From: Candidatus Eiseniibacteriota bacterium
GTDB taxonomy: Bacteria > Orphanbacterota > Orphanbacteria > Orphanbacterales > Orphanbacteraceae
Direction: 5' to 3'
NCBI GenBank assembly: GCA_043809585.1
Contig: JBDROZ010000052.1
Location: forward strand, 1 to 64,000
DNA: 64,000 nt
Shown here: positions 8,952 through 18,706 of the stretch, one piece after another
Layout: each line of letters opens with the position of its first letter
How positions within the stretch are numbered: the first letter of the stretch is position 1
Translations under genes and position numbers: made by a program
The notes under the pieces: generated by a model
Databases searched by the model: none
What the model saw: only the letters and a program-made list of their open reading frames with translations
What the model was told of the DNA's origin: nothing

Positions 8952-10070
8952 ATGAAACCTCCTTATCGTCATTCAGGCGAGCCCTCCGACGGAGGAGCGC
9001 TGAAGAGCGTCCTTCATGCCCTGGTCTTCCTCGGCGCCCTCTATCTTTTCTTTTTCAGCATCGATCTCATGAGCGCCGCGTTCAAGCTGTCCGGGAAGGC
9101 GTTCGCCGAGCGGCTCCTGAACGCGACGGGCGATCCCGTGGCGGGACTGATTCTCGGCCTCCTATCGACCAGCCTGATCCAGAGTTCGTCCACGACCACG
9201 TCCATCGTGGTCGGCCTGGTGGCCGCCGGGACCCTTCCACTCCGGCTGGCCGTGCCCATGATCATGGGGGCCAACATCGGCACTACCGTGACGAACACCA
9301 TCGTCTCCATGGGGCACGTGACGCGGCGCCACGAGTTCGAGCGGGCCTTCGCCGCGGGGACGGTCCACGATTTCTTCAACATTCTCGCCGTACTCGTCCT
9401 CTTTCCTCTGGAGATCGCCTTCCATCCGATCGAGAAGGTGGCGCTGGCCCTCCAATCCATGTTCGTGGGCGTGGGGGGCGTGAAATTCGTCAGCCCCTTG
9501 AAGCAGGCCGTCGGCCCCCTGACGAACTCGGTCAAGGAGTGGTTCCCCCACCCGCTCCCCCTCGTCCTGATCGCGCTGGTCCTCCTCTTCGTCTCTCTCT
9601 CCCAGATGGTGCGGGTCATGCGCTCCGCCGTACTCTCCCGCGTCGAGCACCTTTTCGACCGGATTCTCTTCCGGAACGATCTCTCCGGGTTCCTCCTCGG
9701 CTGGTTGCTCACCGCCGTCGTGCAGAGCAGTTCGGCGACCACATCGATCATCATTCCCCTCGCCGGAACGGGGGTCCTCTCGATCCGGAAGATCTTCCCG
9801 TACACGATGGGGGCGAACGTGGGGACCACGATCACCGCGATCCTCGCTTCCTTCGCGACGGGAAACCCGGTGGCCATGAGCGCCGCCTTCGCCCATCTTG
9901 TTTTCAATGCGTTCGGAATCGTGATATTCTATCCTCTGCGCTCCCTTCCGATCGGGCTGGCCCAGGCCGTGGGCCGGGCGGCGGGGCGCTCCGGGAGAAG
10001 CAGCGCCCTCGTGGTCGTTTTGTACGTGGTCGTGTTCGCGGTGCCGATTCTCTATTTGGTGCTTTCCTAA
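8952..10070 (+). CDS. Na+/phosphate symporter (NptA/SLC34 family)
   Basis: Duplicated QSSS(T/A)TTSI and GANxGTT motifs. Confidence 0.92.
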   Translation: MKPPYRHSGEPSDGGALKSVLHALVFLGALYLFFFSIDLMSAAFKLSGKAFAERLLNATGDPVAGLILGLLSTSLIQSSSTTTSIVVGLVAAGTLPLRLAVPMIMGANIGTTVTNTIVSMGHVTRRHEFERAFAAGTVHDFFNILAVLVLFPLEIAFHPIEKVALALQSMFVGVGGVKFVSPLKQAVGPLTNSVKEWFPHPLPLVLIALVLLFVSLSQMVRVMRSAVLSRVEHLFDRILFRNDLSGFLLGWLLTAVVQSSSATTSIIIPLAGTGVLSIRKIFPYTMGANVGTTITAILASFATGNPVAMSAAFAHLVFNAFGIVIFYPLRSLPIGLAQAVGRAAGRSGRSSALVVVLYVVVFAVPILYLVLS

Positions 10071-10091
10071 TCGAAGGAGGGTGTTTCGGTC

Positions 10092-10793
10092 ATGTGGGAT
10101 CGGCTGAAGGGTCTTTTCAGCAAGGAGAGCCTCTGCGACGAGGCGTTCAGGGAATCCCTCGTCATGCTGGGGCAGTGCCTGGGCATGTTCGAGGACGCGG
10201 TCGCCTCGCTCCGGAACGAAGGCGTTCCGGTCGGCGACATTTACGCCAGGGACCGGATGATCAACAAGTTTCAGCGCCGGGTCCGGCGGAACATCGTCAC
10301 TCACTTGGCCGTCTCGAGCAATCCGGACATCACTTCGTCGCTGGCCCTGACCGCGGTCATCATCGACATCGAGAGGATCGGCGACTACACGAAGAACATC
10401 GTCGAGTTGGCCACCGTTCACGAGAGGCCTTTCGACGGCGGAGATCTGGACGACGAGATTCGTGAATTCGAACAGACCGTGCGGCGCCTCTTCCAGACAC
10501 TCCCCGCCGCGCTCGAGAACTCCGACATGGACACGGCGCGGCAGATCATCGGCGACCATCAGGTGCTCTCCGACCGGGTCGAGGAATTGATCGAGTCGCT
10601 GATCACGGGCCGGGTGATGAACGACAATTCCGGGGAGGCGGTGACCGCGGCCCTCTATCTCCGCTACCTGAAACGCGTGAGCGCCCATCTGAAGAACGTG
10701 GCGAGCAGCATCGTGAATCCCTACTACCGCATCGGATTCCGGGAGAAGGGGGAGCGGAAGGAGGAGGGTCCGGCGGTGGAAAAGGAAGACTGA
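10092..10793 (+). CDS. PhoU-domain protein
   Basis: DIERIGDY and YLKRVSAH PhoU helical motifs; directly after the Na/Pi symporter with a strong RBS. Confidence 0.88.
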   Translation: MWDRLKGLFSKESLCDEAFRESLVMLGQCLGMFEDAVASLRNEGVPVGDIYARDRMINKFQRRVRRNIVTHLAVSSNPDITSSLALTAVIIDIERIGDYTKNIVELATVHERPFDGGDLDDEIREFEQTVRRLFQTLPAALENSDMDTARQIIGDHQVLSDRVEELIESLITGRVMNDNSGEAVTAALYLRYLKRVSAHLKNVASSIVNPYYRIGFREKGERKEEGPAVEKED

Positions 10794-10956
10794 TCTCCCG
10801 GCCGGGCCCGAGATCACCCGTTTGGAGGGGTTTCCGGGATGGACCGGAGGCCCCTTCTTCCGGTCGACGTTGTTCGTTCGCACGGCCTTTCCCGATCCGC
10901 CGCCCTCTCCCGCGCCGGCCCCCGGAGGACGCCTTGATCAGCCTCAGGAGGAACCC

Positions 10957-13900
10957 ATGAAACAGAGACGAACCGATTCCCTCGTCCGCGCGGCCCTCTT
11001 CGGCGCGGTCCTCGTCATCTCCGCCCTCGGGGCGCTCGCGCCCCCCGCCCTCGCCAAACAGGCGTACCTTCGGTCACCGGACATCCACGGGGACCGGATC
11101 GTCTTCGCCGCCGAGGGGGATCTATGGACCGCGGGGACCGACGGGCGGGACGTGCGGCACCTCACATCCCACGTGGGCGACGAGGGGGCGGCCGCTTATT
11201 CGCCGGACGGCGAATGGATCGCCTTCACCGGCGACTACGACGGCAACTCGGACCTCTTCGTCATCCCCGCGGGCGGGGGCGAACCGAAACGCCTCACCTG
11301 GCATCCGGGTCCGGACATCTGCGTCGGCTGGAAGCCGGACGGATCGGCGGTCTTCTTCCTGAGCTGGCGGGAAAGTCCCCACCGCACGCCCCTCCTCTTC
11401 GAAGTGCCGGCGTCGGGGGGCGAACCGAAGGCGCTCCCCCTCGGGATGGTCGCCCACTTCGACGCCGACCCGGCCGGCGGACGCTACGCCTTCACCCGGA
11501 GCGCGGGGGGGGGGACGTGGAAGCGATACCGGGGGGGAACGGCGGCGGACATCTGGGTCGGCGATCCGAAGAAAGCCGACTACCGGCAGGTCACCGATTT
11601 CGAGGGGGCCGACATGTTCCCCATGTGGCGCGGCGGCCGGATTTGGTTCCTCAGCGACCCGGGGGGCACCATGAACATCTGGTCCATGAACCCCGACGGA
11701 AGCGACCGGCAGAGACACACGACGTTCGACACCTGGGACGCGAGGAACCCCGGGATGGGACCGTCGGGAAAGATCGCTTTCACCCTCGCCGGTGACGTCC
11801 ACCTCTTCGATCCCGCGACCGGCGAGGAACGGGCGGTCCCGATCGACCTGCCGAGCGAGTTCACTCTCACGCGGAAGCGGTATCCGGACGCGTCGGACTA
11901 TATCACGTGGTTCACCCTCTCCCAGGAGGGCGACCGGCTCGCCGTGATCGCTCGGGGGGAGATCTTCAGCGTCCCCGTCGAGGAGGGCGTGACCCTGCCC
12001 GTCACCCACGGGAGCGGCGCCCGAGAGCGGGGGGCCGGATTCGGTCCCGAGGGGAAGCGCCTCGTCTACATCACCGACGGAAGCGGCGAGGAGCGCCTCG
12101 TCACCGCCGACTCCTGGGGCCGGGGATCCGAGAAGGAGGTCGGCAAGGCCGACACGAGCCGCTGGATGTTCCCCCCTCACTGGTCTCCGGACGGGGAGTG
12201 GATCGCCTACGCCGACGAGGACCAGCGTCTCTTCGTCGTGAAGGCGGAAGGCGGGACCCCCCGGGAGGTGGACCGGGGGGGGAACGGCGAGATCGACGAC
12301 TATACGTGGAGCCCCGACGGCCGGTGGCTCGCCTACTCGAAAGTGAACGACATCGAGCTCGGTTCGGTCTTCATCTACGACGTCAAGGAGGACGAGATCC
12401 ATCGGGTGACCGGTTGGTCCACCGACGACGGCTCCCCGGCATGGGATCCGGACGGCCGTTACCTCTACTTCCTCGGCGACCGGGTGATGAATCCGCTGAT
12501 CGGCACCCGGGATTTCGAGACCGTCGAGTACGCCACGACCAAACCGTACATGCTCCTTCTCCGGCCGGACGTGGAGAATCCCCTCGTGCCGACCGAAGGC
12601 ATCCCCCCCGAGGAAGGGGATGAGAAGAAGAAGGACGAGAAGAAGAAGGACAAGGAGAAGGGGAAGAAGGACGGCGACGACGACGAAGACGAAGAAGAGA
12701 AGAAGCCGGAGCCGGTGGAAATCGACTTCGACGGTCTCGCCGACCGGTGGATCGAGCTTCCCGTGAAGGCGGGGCGCTATGTCGGGCTCGGAGCGACCTC
12801 GGACAAGCTCTTTTACCTCTCCCTGCCCATGACGGGTCTCGCGGAAGACCGGGGCTCCGACGACGACGACGGCCCCCGGGGGACGCTGATGGCCTTCGAC
12901 TTCGAGGAGAAGGAGGCGGACACCTTCGTCTCCGGCGTCTCCTCCTTCGAGGTTCGGGCCGGGGCGGACAAGATCGCCTTCATGAAGAAGGGGGGCTCGC
13001 TGTACGTGACCGACACCGGCTCGGCTCCGAAGGATCTTTCCGACTCCGAGGTCGACCTCTCGGGCATGATCGTCGAGCTCGACCCGATGGAAGAGTGGCG
13101 CCAGATCTACTTCGAGGCGTGGCGGAACCAGCGGGACTTCTATTGGGACGCCGGGATGCACGGCGTCGACTGGGATGCCGTGCGGGACCAGTACGCCGCC
13201 CTCCTGCCCCGGCTCGCCACGCGGAGCGACCTCAGGGACCTGATCGCCGAGATGATCGGCGAGCTCGCGACGTCCCACACCTACGTCTGGGGAGGGGACG
13301 CGGGGCGGCGCGTGCCGCGCCTGTCCACCGGCCTTCTCGGCGCCGTGTTCGAGCGGGAGAAGGACGCTTTCCGGGTTGTGAAGATCTACCGGGCCGACGC
13401 GGCCGACCGGGTCCGCTCGCCGCTTCTGGAGCCGGGCGTGAACGTGAAGGAGGGTGATTACATTGTCGCCGTGAACGGCCTCTCCTTCCCGAAGGACGAG
13501 CCGATCCTCGCGAGCCTGGAAAACCTCGCCGGCAAGGAAGTGCTTCTCACCGTGAACGACAAGCCCTCCGCGGACGGGGGACGGTCGGTGGTCGTCGAGC
13601 CCCTCGGCACGCGGTCCGAAGGCGGGCTGATCTACGCCGATTGGGTCCGGAAGAACCGGGAGTATGTAGCCGCGAAGACGGACGGCAAGATCGGCTACAT
13701 CCACGTGCCCGACATGGGGGGGTGGGGGCTCTCCCAGTTCGATCGCTGGTTCTATCCTCAGCTCGACAAGGAGGGCATGGTGGTCGACATGCGGTGGAAC
13801 GGCGGCGGATTCGTCTCCCAGCTGATCGTTTCCCGGCTCGGCCGCGAGCCGATCATGTTCGGCCGCGCCCGGGGGGGCGACACGTGGACCTATCCGGACA

Positions 13901-14310
13901 AGGTCATCAACGGACCCTTCGTGGTTCTCACGAACCAATTCGCCGGCTCCGACGGGGACATCGGCCCCCGGGCGATCCAGCTCGCGGGGCTCGCGCCCGT
14001 GATCGGCAAGCGGTCGTGGGGGGGCGTCGTCGGCATCCGGGGGGACAAGCCGCTCGTGGACGGCGGGATGCTCACCCAGCCCGAGTACGCCTACTGGGAG
14101 CCCCCCCGGGGATGGGGGATGGAGAACCGAGGCGTCGATCCGGACATCCCGCTCGACAACCTTCCTCAAGATCTCGGCCGGGGCGTGGACGCCCAACTCG
14201 ACCGGGGGATCGAGGAAGTGATGAGACTCCACTCCGAACGGCCGCCGGTCCATCCCGATTTCGAGCCGGCGCCGGACCGGAGCCGGGGTTCGTACAGGGA
14301 CGAACTGTAG
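10957..14310 (+). CDS. Tricorn protease homolog (S41), secreted
   Basis: Signal peptide, PD40 propellers, PDZ, DMRWNGGG, catalytic AGSDGD, GKRSWGG, ENRGVDPD. Confidence 0.95.
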   Translation: MKQRRTDSLVRAALFGAVLVISALGALAPPALAKQAYLRSPDIHGDRIVFAAEGDLWTAGTDGRDVRHLTSHVGDEGAAAYSPDGEWIAFTGDYDGNSDLFVIPAGGGEPKRLTWHPGPDICVGWKPDGSAVFFLSWRESPHRTPLLFEVPASGGEPKALPLGMVAHFDADPAGGRYAFTRSAGGGTWKRYRGGTAADIWVGDPKKADYRQVTDFEGADMFPMWRGGRIWFLSDPGGTMNIWSMNPDGSDRQRHTTFDTWDARNPGMGPSGKIAFTLAGDVHLFDPATGEERAVPIDLPSEFTLTRKRYPDASDYITWFTLSQEGDRLAVIARGEIFSVPVEEGVTLPVTHGSGARERGAGFGPEGKRLVYITDGSGEERLVTADSWGRGSEKEVGKADTSRWMFPPHWSPDGEWIAYADEDQRLFVVKAEGGTPREVDRGGNGEIDDYTWSPDGRWLAYSKVNDIELGSVFIYDVKEDEIHRVTGWSTDDGSPAWDPDGRYLYFLGDRVMNPLIGTRDFETVEYATTKPYMLLLRPDVENPLVPTEGIPPEEGDEKKKDEKKKDKEKGKKDGDDDEDEEEKKPEPVEIDFDGLADRWIELPVKAGRYVGLGATSDKLFYLSLPMTGLAEDRGSDDDDGPRGTLMAFDFEEKEADTFVSGVSSFEVRAGADKIAFMKKGGSLYVTDTGSAPKDLSDSEVDLSGMIVELDPMEEWRQIYFEAWRNQRDFYWDAGMHGVDWDAVRDQYAALLPRLATRSDLRDLIAEMIGELATSHTYVWGGDAGRRVPRLSTGLLGAVFEREKDAFRVVKIYRADAADRVRSPLLEPGVNVKEGDYIVAVNGLSFPKDEPILASLENLAGKEVLLTVNDKPSADGGRSVVVEPLGTRSEGGLIYADWVRKNREYVAAKTDGKIGYIHVPDMGGWGLSQFDRWFYPQLDKEGMVVDMRWNGGGFVSQLIVSRLGREPIMFGRARGGDTWTYPDKVINGPFVVLTNQFAGSDGDIGPRAIQLAGLAPVIGKRSWGGVVGIRGDKPLVDGGMLTQPEYAYWEPPRGWGMENRGVDPDIPLDNLPQDLGRGVDAQLDRGIEEVMRLHSERPPVHPDFEPAPDRSRGSYRDEL

Positions 14311-14396
14311 CCCAGGCCAAACAAGGAGGGAACGGGAATGCGCAGTCTCTTGGGACGCGTAGGGGCGCCGCTTTCTGATTTGTGAGGAGATCACTC

Positions 14397-15299
14397 ATGC
14401 CGTCCACGGACATCCGAATCCGCCGGGCCCGGAGGAAGGACCTGCTTCCCGCGGCGCGGCTTCTGGTTCGGACCTTCAACAGGCTCCGGGCGGACACGGG
14501 AAAGGAGCCGCTCCCCTTCCGGCCGGCCACCGTGCCGCCCCTCTGCGACCACATTCGCCGGACCGATCCGGATCTCTTCCTCTGCGCTTGGCGGGGAGAG
14601 CGGATGGCCGGATTCGCGAGCGCCGTCGTCCGGGGGAAGCAGTGGTATCTGGCCTGGCTCTTCGTCGATCCCCGGTATCAGGACCGGGGTGTGGGGAAGA
14701 TGCTTCTCGAGCGGGTCTGGCGGGACGGCCCGGGCATGACCCACGCCCTCGCCACCATGACCTACAACCAGCAGGCGGTCGGGATCTACACGAGGTTCGG
14801 GATGATCCCCCACGAATTGATCACCATGATGGAGGGGGAGCGGGGGCGTGTCCGGGCGCCGGAGCCGACGAGGCTCGAGATCGAGCGGCGGCTCCGCCCC
14901 GCCGACCTCGCCTGGATTCACAGCCTCGAGACCGAGATCCGGGGCTATCCCCACCGTTCCGAGTGGCGCTTCTGGATGGGAGAGGAGGGGTACGAACCGC
15001 TCCTCTTCCGCCGCCGGGGGAGGCCCGTCGCCTACGGCCTTCTCTGCCCCCGGGGGATCATCGGCCCGATCGGCGCCGCCCGCCCCGCGGACCTCGTCCC
15101 CGCCGCCGCCGAGGCGGTGCGGATCCACCTCGAAACCAAGAAAGAGGATCTCCGCTTCTTCGCGCCCAACTCGAACGGCGACCTCTACCGGTTCCTCCAC
15201 CGGCTCGGCTTCCGGAACCAGGAGATGCTCCTCTTCATGACCGACACGCCCTACGGGGATTTTCGGCGGTACGTGCCCGCGTCGCTGGCGGTGTTCTAA
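14397..15299 (+). CDS. GNAT-family N-acetyltransferase (two-domain)
   Basis: Motif A LFVDPRYQDRGVGKMLL, AVGIYTRFG; second degenerate GNAT domain. Confidence 0.82.
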   Translation: MPSTDIRIRRARRKDLLPAARLLVRTFNRLRADTGKEPLPFRPATVPPLCDHIRRTDPDLFLCAWRGERMAGFASAVVRGKQWYLAWLFVDPRYQDRGVGKMLLERVWRDGPGMTHALATMTYNQQAVGIYTRFGMIPHELITMMEGERGRVRAPEPTRLEIERRLRPADLAWIHSLETEIRGYPHRSEWRFWMGEEGYEPLLFRRRGRPVAYGLLCPRGIIGPIGAARPADLVPAAAEAVRIHLETKKEDLRFFAPNSNGDLYRFLHRLGFRNQEMLLFMTDTPYGDFRRYVPASLAVF

Positions 15300-15691
15300 A
15301 GGGGAATCTTCCCCGTCAAACCGCCGCCTCGCCCCCGTGGAGGCGCTCCCGGAGGGGTGGGAAGCCCTCGCCGTGGACCTCGCGGGCCTCGCTCACGACG
15401 AGGAACGCCTCGGGATCGGCCGAATCCGGCGATCGAAGAACTCCCAAAGAAGGGGGGATTTCCGGGCACCCCCGCCCGGACGGGGTTGGACGTTCCCGCC
15501 GGGGATGGTATGCTCTCCGGGATTCGAGGGACGGGCATCGGTATCGACCCCCCCCCATCTCGGGCGGGACGGCGGAAGCCGGAAAGGGGGGATCGGCGGC
15601 ATTGGGGAATTCGCGGCGCGGCCTCCCCGTGGGAGGGGAGAGCCGACGGCGGATTTCGAGCGAGGGCGTCGGCCCCTGTGGAGTAGGCACC

Positions 15692-16579
15692 ATGTACCCG
15701 ATACTCGAAGCCCGGTTTCTCTGTCCCACCGTGAAGCTCTTCCGCATCGAGGCGCCCAAGATCGCCGAGAAGCGGAAGGCCGGCCAGTTCGTCATCCTCC
15801 GGGTGACGCCGAGCGGAGAGAGGATCCCTCTCACCGTCGCCGACAGCGACCCCGCCGGAGGGTGGATCACCCTCATCGTCCAGTCCCTCGGCAAGACCAC
15901 GAAACAGCTGAACACCCTCGAAACGGGGGACTCCGTGAACGACGTGGCCGGACCCCTCGGCATGCCGTCGGAGGTGGAGAAGTTCGGCACCGTCTGCGTC
16001 ATCGGCGGAGGCGTCGGGACGGCCATCGCCTATCCGACGGCGGTGGCGATGAAGAACGCCGGTAACCGGGTGATCGCCATCATCGGCGGCCGCACGAAGG
16101 AGCTCGTCATCCTCGAGAAGGAGATGGGCGAGGTGTGCGACGCCGTCTATCCGACCACCGACGACGGGTCCCACGGCTTCCACGGCTTCGTGACCGAGAA
16201 GCTCCAGGAACTTCTCGGCTCCGGCGAGAAGATCGACCACGTCCTCGCCATCGGCCCGGTGCCGATGATGAAAGCCGTGGCCGACGTGACCCGGGGGCCG
16301 GGCATCAAGACCATCTGCAGCCTGAACCCGATCATGGTCGACGGCACGGGCATGTGCGGCGGCTGCCGCGTCCTGGTGGGGGGGAAGACCTACTTCGCCT
16401 GCGTCGACGGTCCCGAGTTCGACGCCCACGAGGTCGATTTCGGTCTATTGCAACTGCGGAACCGGTCCTACCTCGGCTTCGAGAAGACACGGAACGAAGA
16501 GTTTCACGCCAGGGACGAGTGCCGGCTCGAGAAGGCCATCGACGAGGCCCGGGGCGGGGAGAAGGGGGGGCAGGCGTGA
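15692..16579 (+). CDS. nfnA: NfnA/SudB-like FAD/NAD-binding [2Fe-2S] subunit of electron-bifurcating transhydrogenase
   Basis: GQFVILR, ERIPLT, GGGVG, MVDGTGMCGGCRV, ACVDGPEF; coupled by TGATG overlap to nfnB. Confidence 0.88.
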   Translation: MYPILEARFLCPTVKLFRIEAPKIAEKRKAGQFVILRVTPSGERIPLTVADSDPAGGWITLIVQSLGKTTKQLNTLETGDSVNDVAGPLGMPSEVEKFGTVCVIGGGVGTAIAYPTAVAMKNAGNRVIAIIGGRTKELVILEKEMGEVCDAVYPTTDDGSHGFHGFVTEKLQELLGSGEKIDHVLAIGPVPMMKAVADVTRGPGIKTICSLNPIMVDGTGMCGGCRVLVGGKTYFACVDGPEFDAHEVDFGLLQLRNRSYLGFEKTRNEEFHARDECRLEKAIDEARGGEKGGQA

Positions 16580-18042
16580 TGACCGAGGGAATGAGCAAGA
16601 AGGACCGGATGAAGATCGTCCGCCAGAAGATGCCCGAGCAGGCGCCCGGGCGGCGGGCCCGGAACTTCGAGGAGGTGAACCTCGGGCTCACGGCGGAGCT
16701 CGCCAAGCTGGAGGCGCTCCGCTGCCTCCAGTGTCCGAAGCCGAAGTGCGTCGACGGCTGCCCCGTGAACGTCCAGATCCGGGACTTCATCACCCTCGTG
16801 GCGGAGGAGAGGTTCGACGAGGCGGCGAAGGTGATCAAGCTCGACAACTCGCTGCCCGCCGTCTGCGGCCGGGTCTGCCCCCAGGAGGAGCAGTGCGAGG
16901 TGCAGTGCGTTCTCGCGAAGAAGGGCCAGCCCGTGGCGATCGGCAACCTCGAGCGCTTCGTGGCCGACTTCGAGCGGGAGCACGGCAAGATGACCGTGGA
17001 GACTCCGAAGGCGAAGACGGGGAAGAGGGTCGCCGTCGTCGGCAGCGGCCCGTCGGGCCTCGCCTGCGCGACCGACCTCGCCCGCCTCGGCCACGAGGTG
17101 ACGGTCTTCGAGGCCCTTCATGCCCTCGGCGGCGTGCTCGTCTACGGAATTCCCGAGTTTCGGCTGCCGAAGGAGATCGTTCACGCCGAGATCGAGCAGC
17201 TGAAGAAGATGGGCGTCCGGTTCGAGACGAACGCCGTGATCGGCCGGTCCGACACGGTGGAGGAGCTAATCGAGAAGGAGGGGTACGACGCGGTCTTCCT
17301 CGGTGTCGGCGCCGGGCTTCCCCGGTTCCTGAACGTTCCGGGCGAAAACCTGATCGGCGTCTACTCGGCGAACGAGTTCCTCACCCGGGTGAACCTCATG
17401 AAGGCGTACCGGGACGATTCGGAGACCCCCGTCTTCGATTGCAGGAACAAGGACGTGCTCGTTTTCGGCGGCGGCAACACGGCGATGGACGCGGTGCGGA
17501 CCTCGTTCCGCCTCGGCGCGAAGAGCGCCCGTATCGTCTACCGGCGCTCCGAGGAGGAGATGCCCGCCCGGAACGAGGAGATCCATCACGCCAAGGAGGA
17601 AGGGATCGACTTCCTCCTCCTGACGAACCCGATCGAGTTCCTGGGAACCGAGGACGGTTGGCTGAAGGGGGCGGTGCTTCAGAAGATGGCGCTCGGCGAG
17701 CCCGATGCAAGCGGGCGGCGCCGGCCGGTGCCGATGGAGGGGAGCGAGTACGTGCTCGAGGCGCAGATGGCGGTCATCGCCATCGGCAACAGCCCGAACC
17801 CGATCATCCAGGCTACATCTCCCGACATCGAGCACACCCGCTGGGGCACGGTGGTCGCCGACGAGGCGACGGGACGGACCACGAAGCCCGGCGTGTTCGC
17901 CGGGGGGGACATCGTGACCGGCGGAGCCACGGTGATCCTCGCCCTCGGCGCCGGCCGCCGGGCGGCGAAATCGATCGACGATTACTTGAAGACAGGAAAA
18001 TGGGAGCTCGAGCCGGCCACGGCGGACTCCGAGGCGGGCTAG
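16579..18042 (+). CDS. nfnB: NfnB/SudA (GltD-like) NADPH-dependent subunit
   Basis: RCLQC...CVDGCP, CGRVCPQEEQC, GSGPSG, GGGNTAMD, FAGGDIVTG. Confidence 0.9.
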   Translation: MTEGMSKKDRMKIVRQKMPEQAPGRRARNFEEVNLGLTAELAKLEALRCLQCPKPKCVDGCPVNVQIRDFITLVAEERFDEAAKVIKLDNSLPAVCGRVCPQEEQCEVQCVLAKKGQPVAIGNLERFVADFEREHGKMTVETPKAKTGKRVAVVGSGPSGLACATDLARLGHEVTVFEALHALGGVLVYGIPEFRLPKEIVHAEIEQLKKMGVRFETNAVIGRSDTVEELIEKEGYDAVFLGVGAGLPRFLNVPGENLIGVYSANEFLTRVNLMKAYRDDSETPVFDCRNKDVLVFGGGNTAMDAVRTSFRLGAKSARIVYRRSEEEMPARNEEIHHAKEEGIDFLLLTNPIEFLGTEDGWLKGAVLQKMALGEPDASGRRRPVPMEGSEYVLEAQMAVIAIGNSPNPIIQATSPDIEHTRWGTVVADEATGRTTKPGVFAGGDIVTGGATVILALGAGRRAAKSIDDYLKTGKWELEPATADSEAG

Positions 18043-18197
18043 GCTCGACTTTTCAAAGAACCCGCACGTCCTCTGCCCACTCGGGGAGCCGGGGGGTCGG
18101 CCTCGAGCGGCGAGTTCCGCAGGGGGCGGGTCGGCGATCGTTCACCCCGTCCGGAATCCCCTTGCCGGGGCCGGGCGCCGGAATAGGAGGGCGGGCC

Positions 18198-18626
18198 ATG
18201 GCCCGGGTCAAGCAGGGCGACAGGATACGGATCAACTACAAGGGTTCCCTCGACGACGGAACCATGTTCGACGCGAACGAGTCGGGAAAGCCCTTCGAGT
18301 TCGAGGTGGGCGCCGGCCGTGTGATCCCCGGCTTCGACCGGGGGGTGGTCGGCATGAGCGCCGGCGACGTGAAGCGGGTGGAGGTGGCGCCCGAGGACGC
18401 TTACGGTCCCTACCGGCCCGACCTTTGCGTGGAGGTGGAGAAGAGCCGGCTCGGCGAGGGGATCGAGCTCACCGTGGGGCAGCCGGTGCAGATCCGGCGG
18501 AGCGGCGACATGAGCGTGATCGGCCACCTGAAGGCGATCCGGGAGAGCGACATCCTCGTCGACGCGAACCATCCCCTGGCGGGCAAGAAGCTGACCTTCG
18601 ACATCGAGCTTCTGGAGATCTTGTAG
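18198..18626 (+). CDS. FKBP-type peptidyl-prolyl isomerase (SlyD/FkpB-like, no His tail)
   Basis: YKGSLDDGTMFD, VIPGFD, PEDAYG, VDANHPLAGKKLTF. Confidence 0.92.
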   Translation: MARVKQGDRIRINYKGSLDDGTMFDANESGKPFEFEVGAGRVIPGFDRGVVGMSAGDVKRVEVAPEDAYGPYRPDLCVEVEKSRLGEGIELTVGQPVQIRRSGDMSVIGHLKAIRESDILVDANHPLAGKKLTFDIELLEIL

Positions 18627-18654
18627 ACCGGGAACCGGCGATCGACACGAAAAC

Positions 18655-18687
18655 GAGAGGGGCGGACCCGCGGGCCCGCCCCTTCTC
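18655..18687. terminator. Probable bidirectional terminator hairpin between convergent genes
   Basis: GAGAGGGGCGGACCC-GC-GGGCCCGCCCCTTCTC stem; U-tracts are weak. Confidence 0.5.
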
Positions 18688-18706
18688 TATGGAGATTCGC
18701 GGCCCC

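Noticed and set aside
12610-12715. Purine-rich AAG/GAC low-complexity tract
   Set aside because: It encodes the charged K/D/E linker usual in bacterial tricorn homologs.
11122-14394. Very long antisense or alternate-frame ORFs (e.g. 11122-14394, 25470-28223, 43373-46273, 46408-48939)
   Set aside because: Shadow frames of high-GC genes, with skewed Arg/Pro/Gly/Val/Asp composition, no motifs and full overlap with well-supported genes.
14588-15691. Long N-terminal extensions on NfnA (also NfnB, SlyD, MFP, Glk, SufB, SufU and the 9- and 12-heme cytochromes) as fusions
   Set aside because: The extensions are shadow frames of upstream genes; downstream starts with an RBS or stop-start overlap match family N-termini.
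16577-16581. TGA junctions (16577, 25263, 61862) as selenocysteine readthrough
   Set aside because: They are ordinary TGATG stop-start overlaps that change frame; the proteins are complete on each side.
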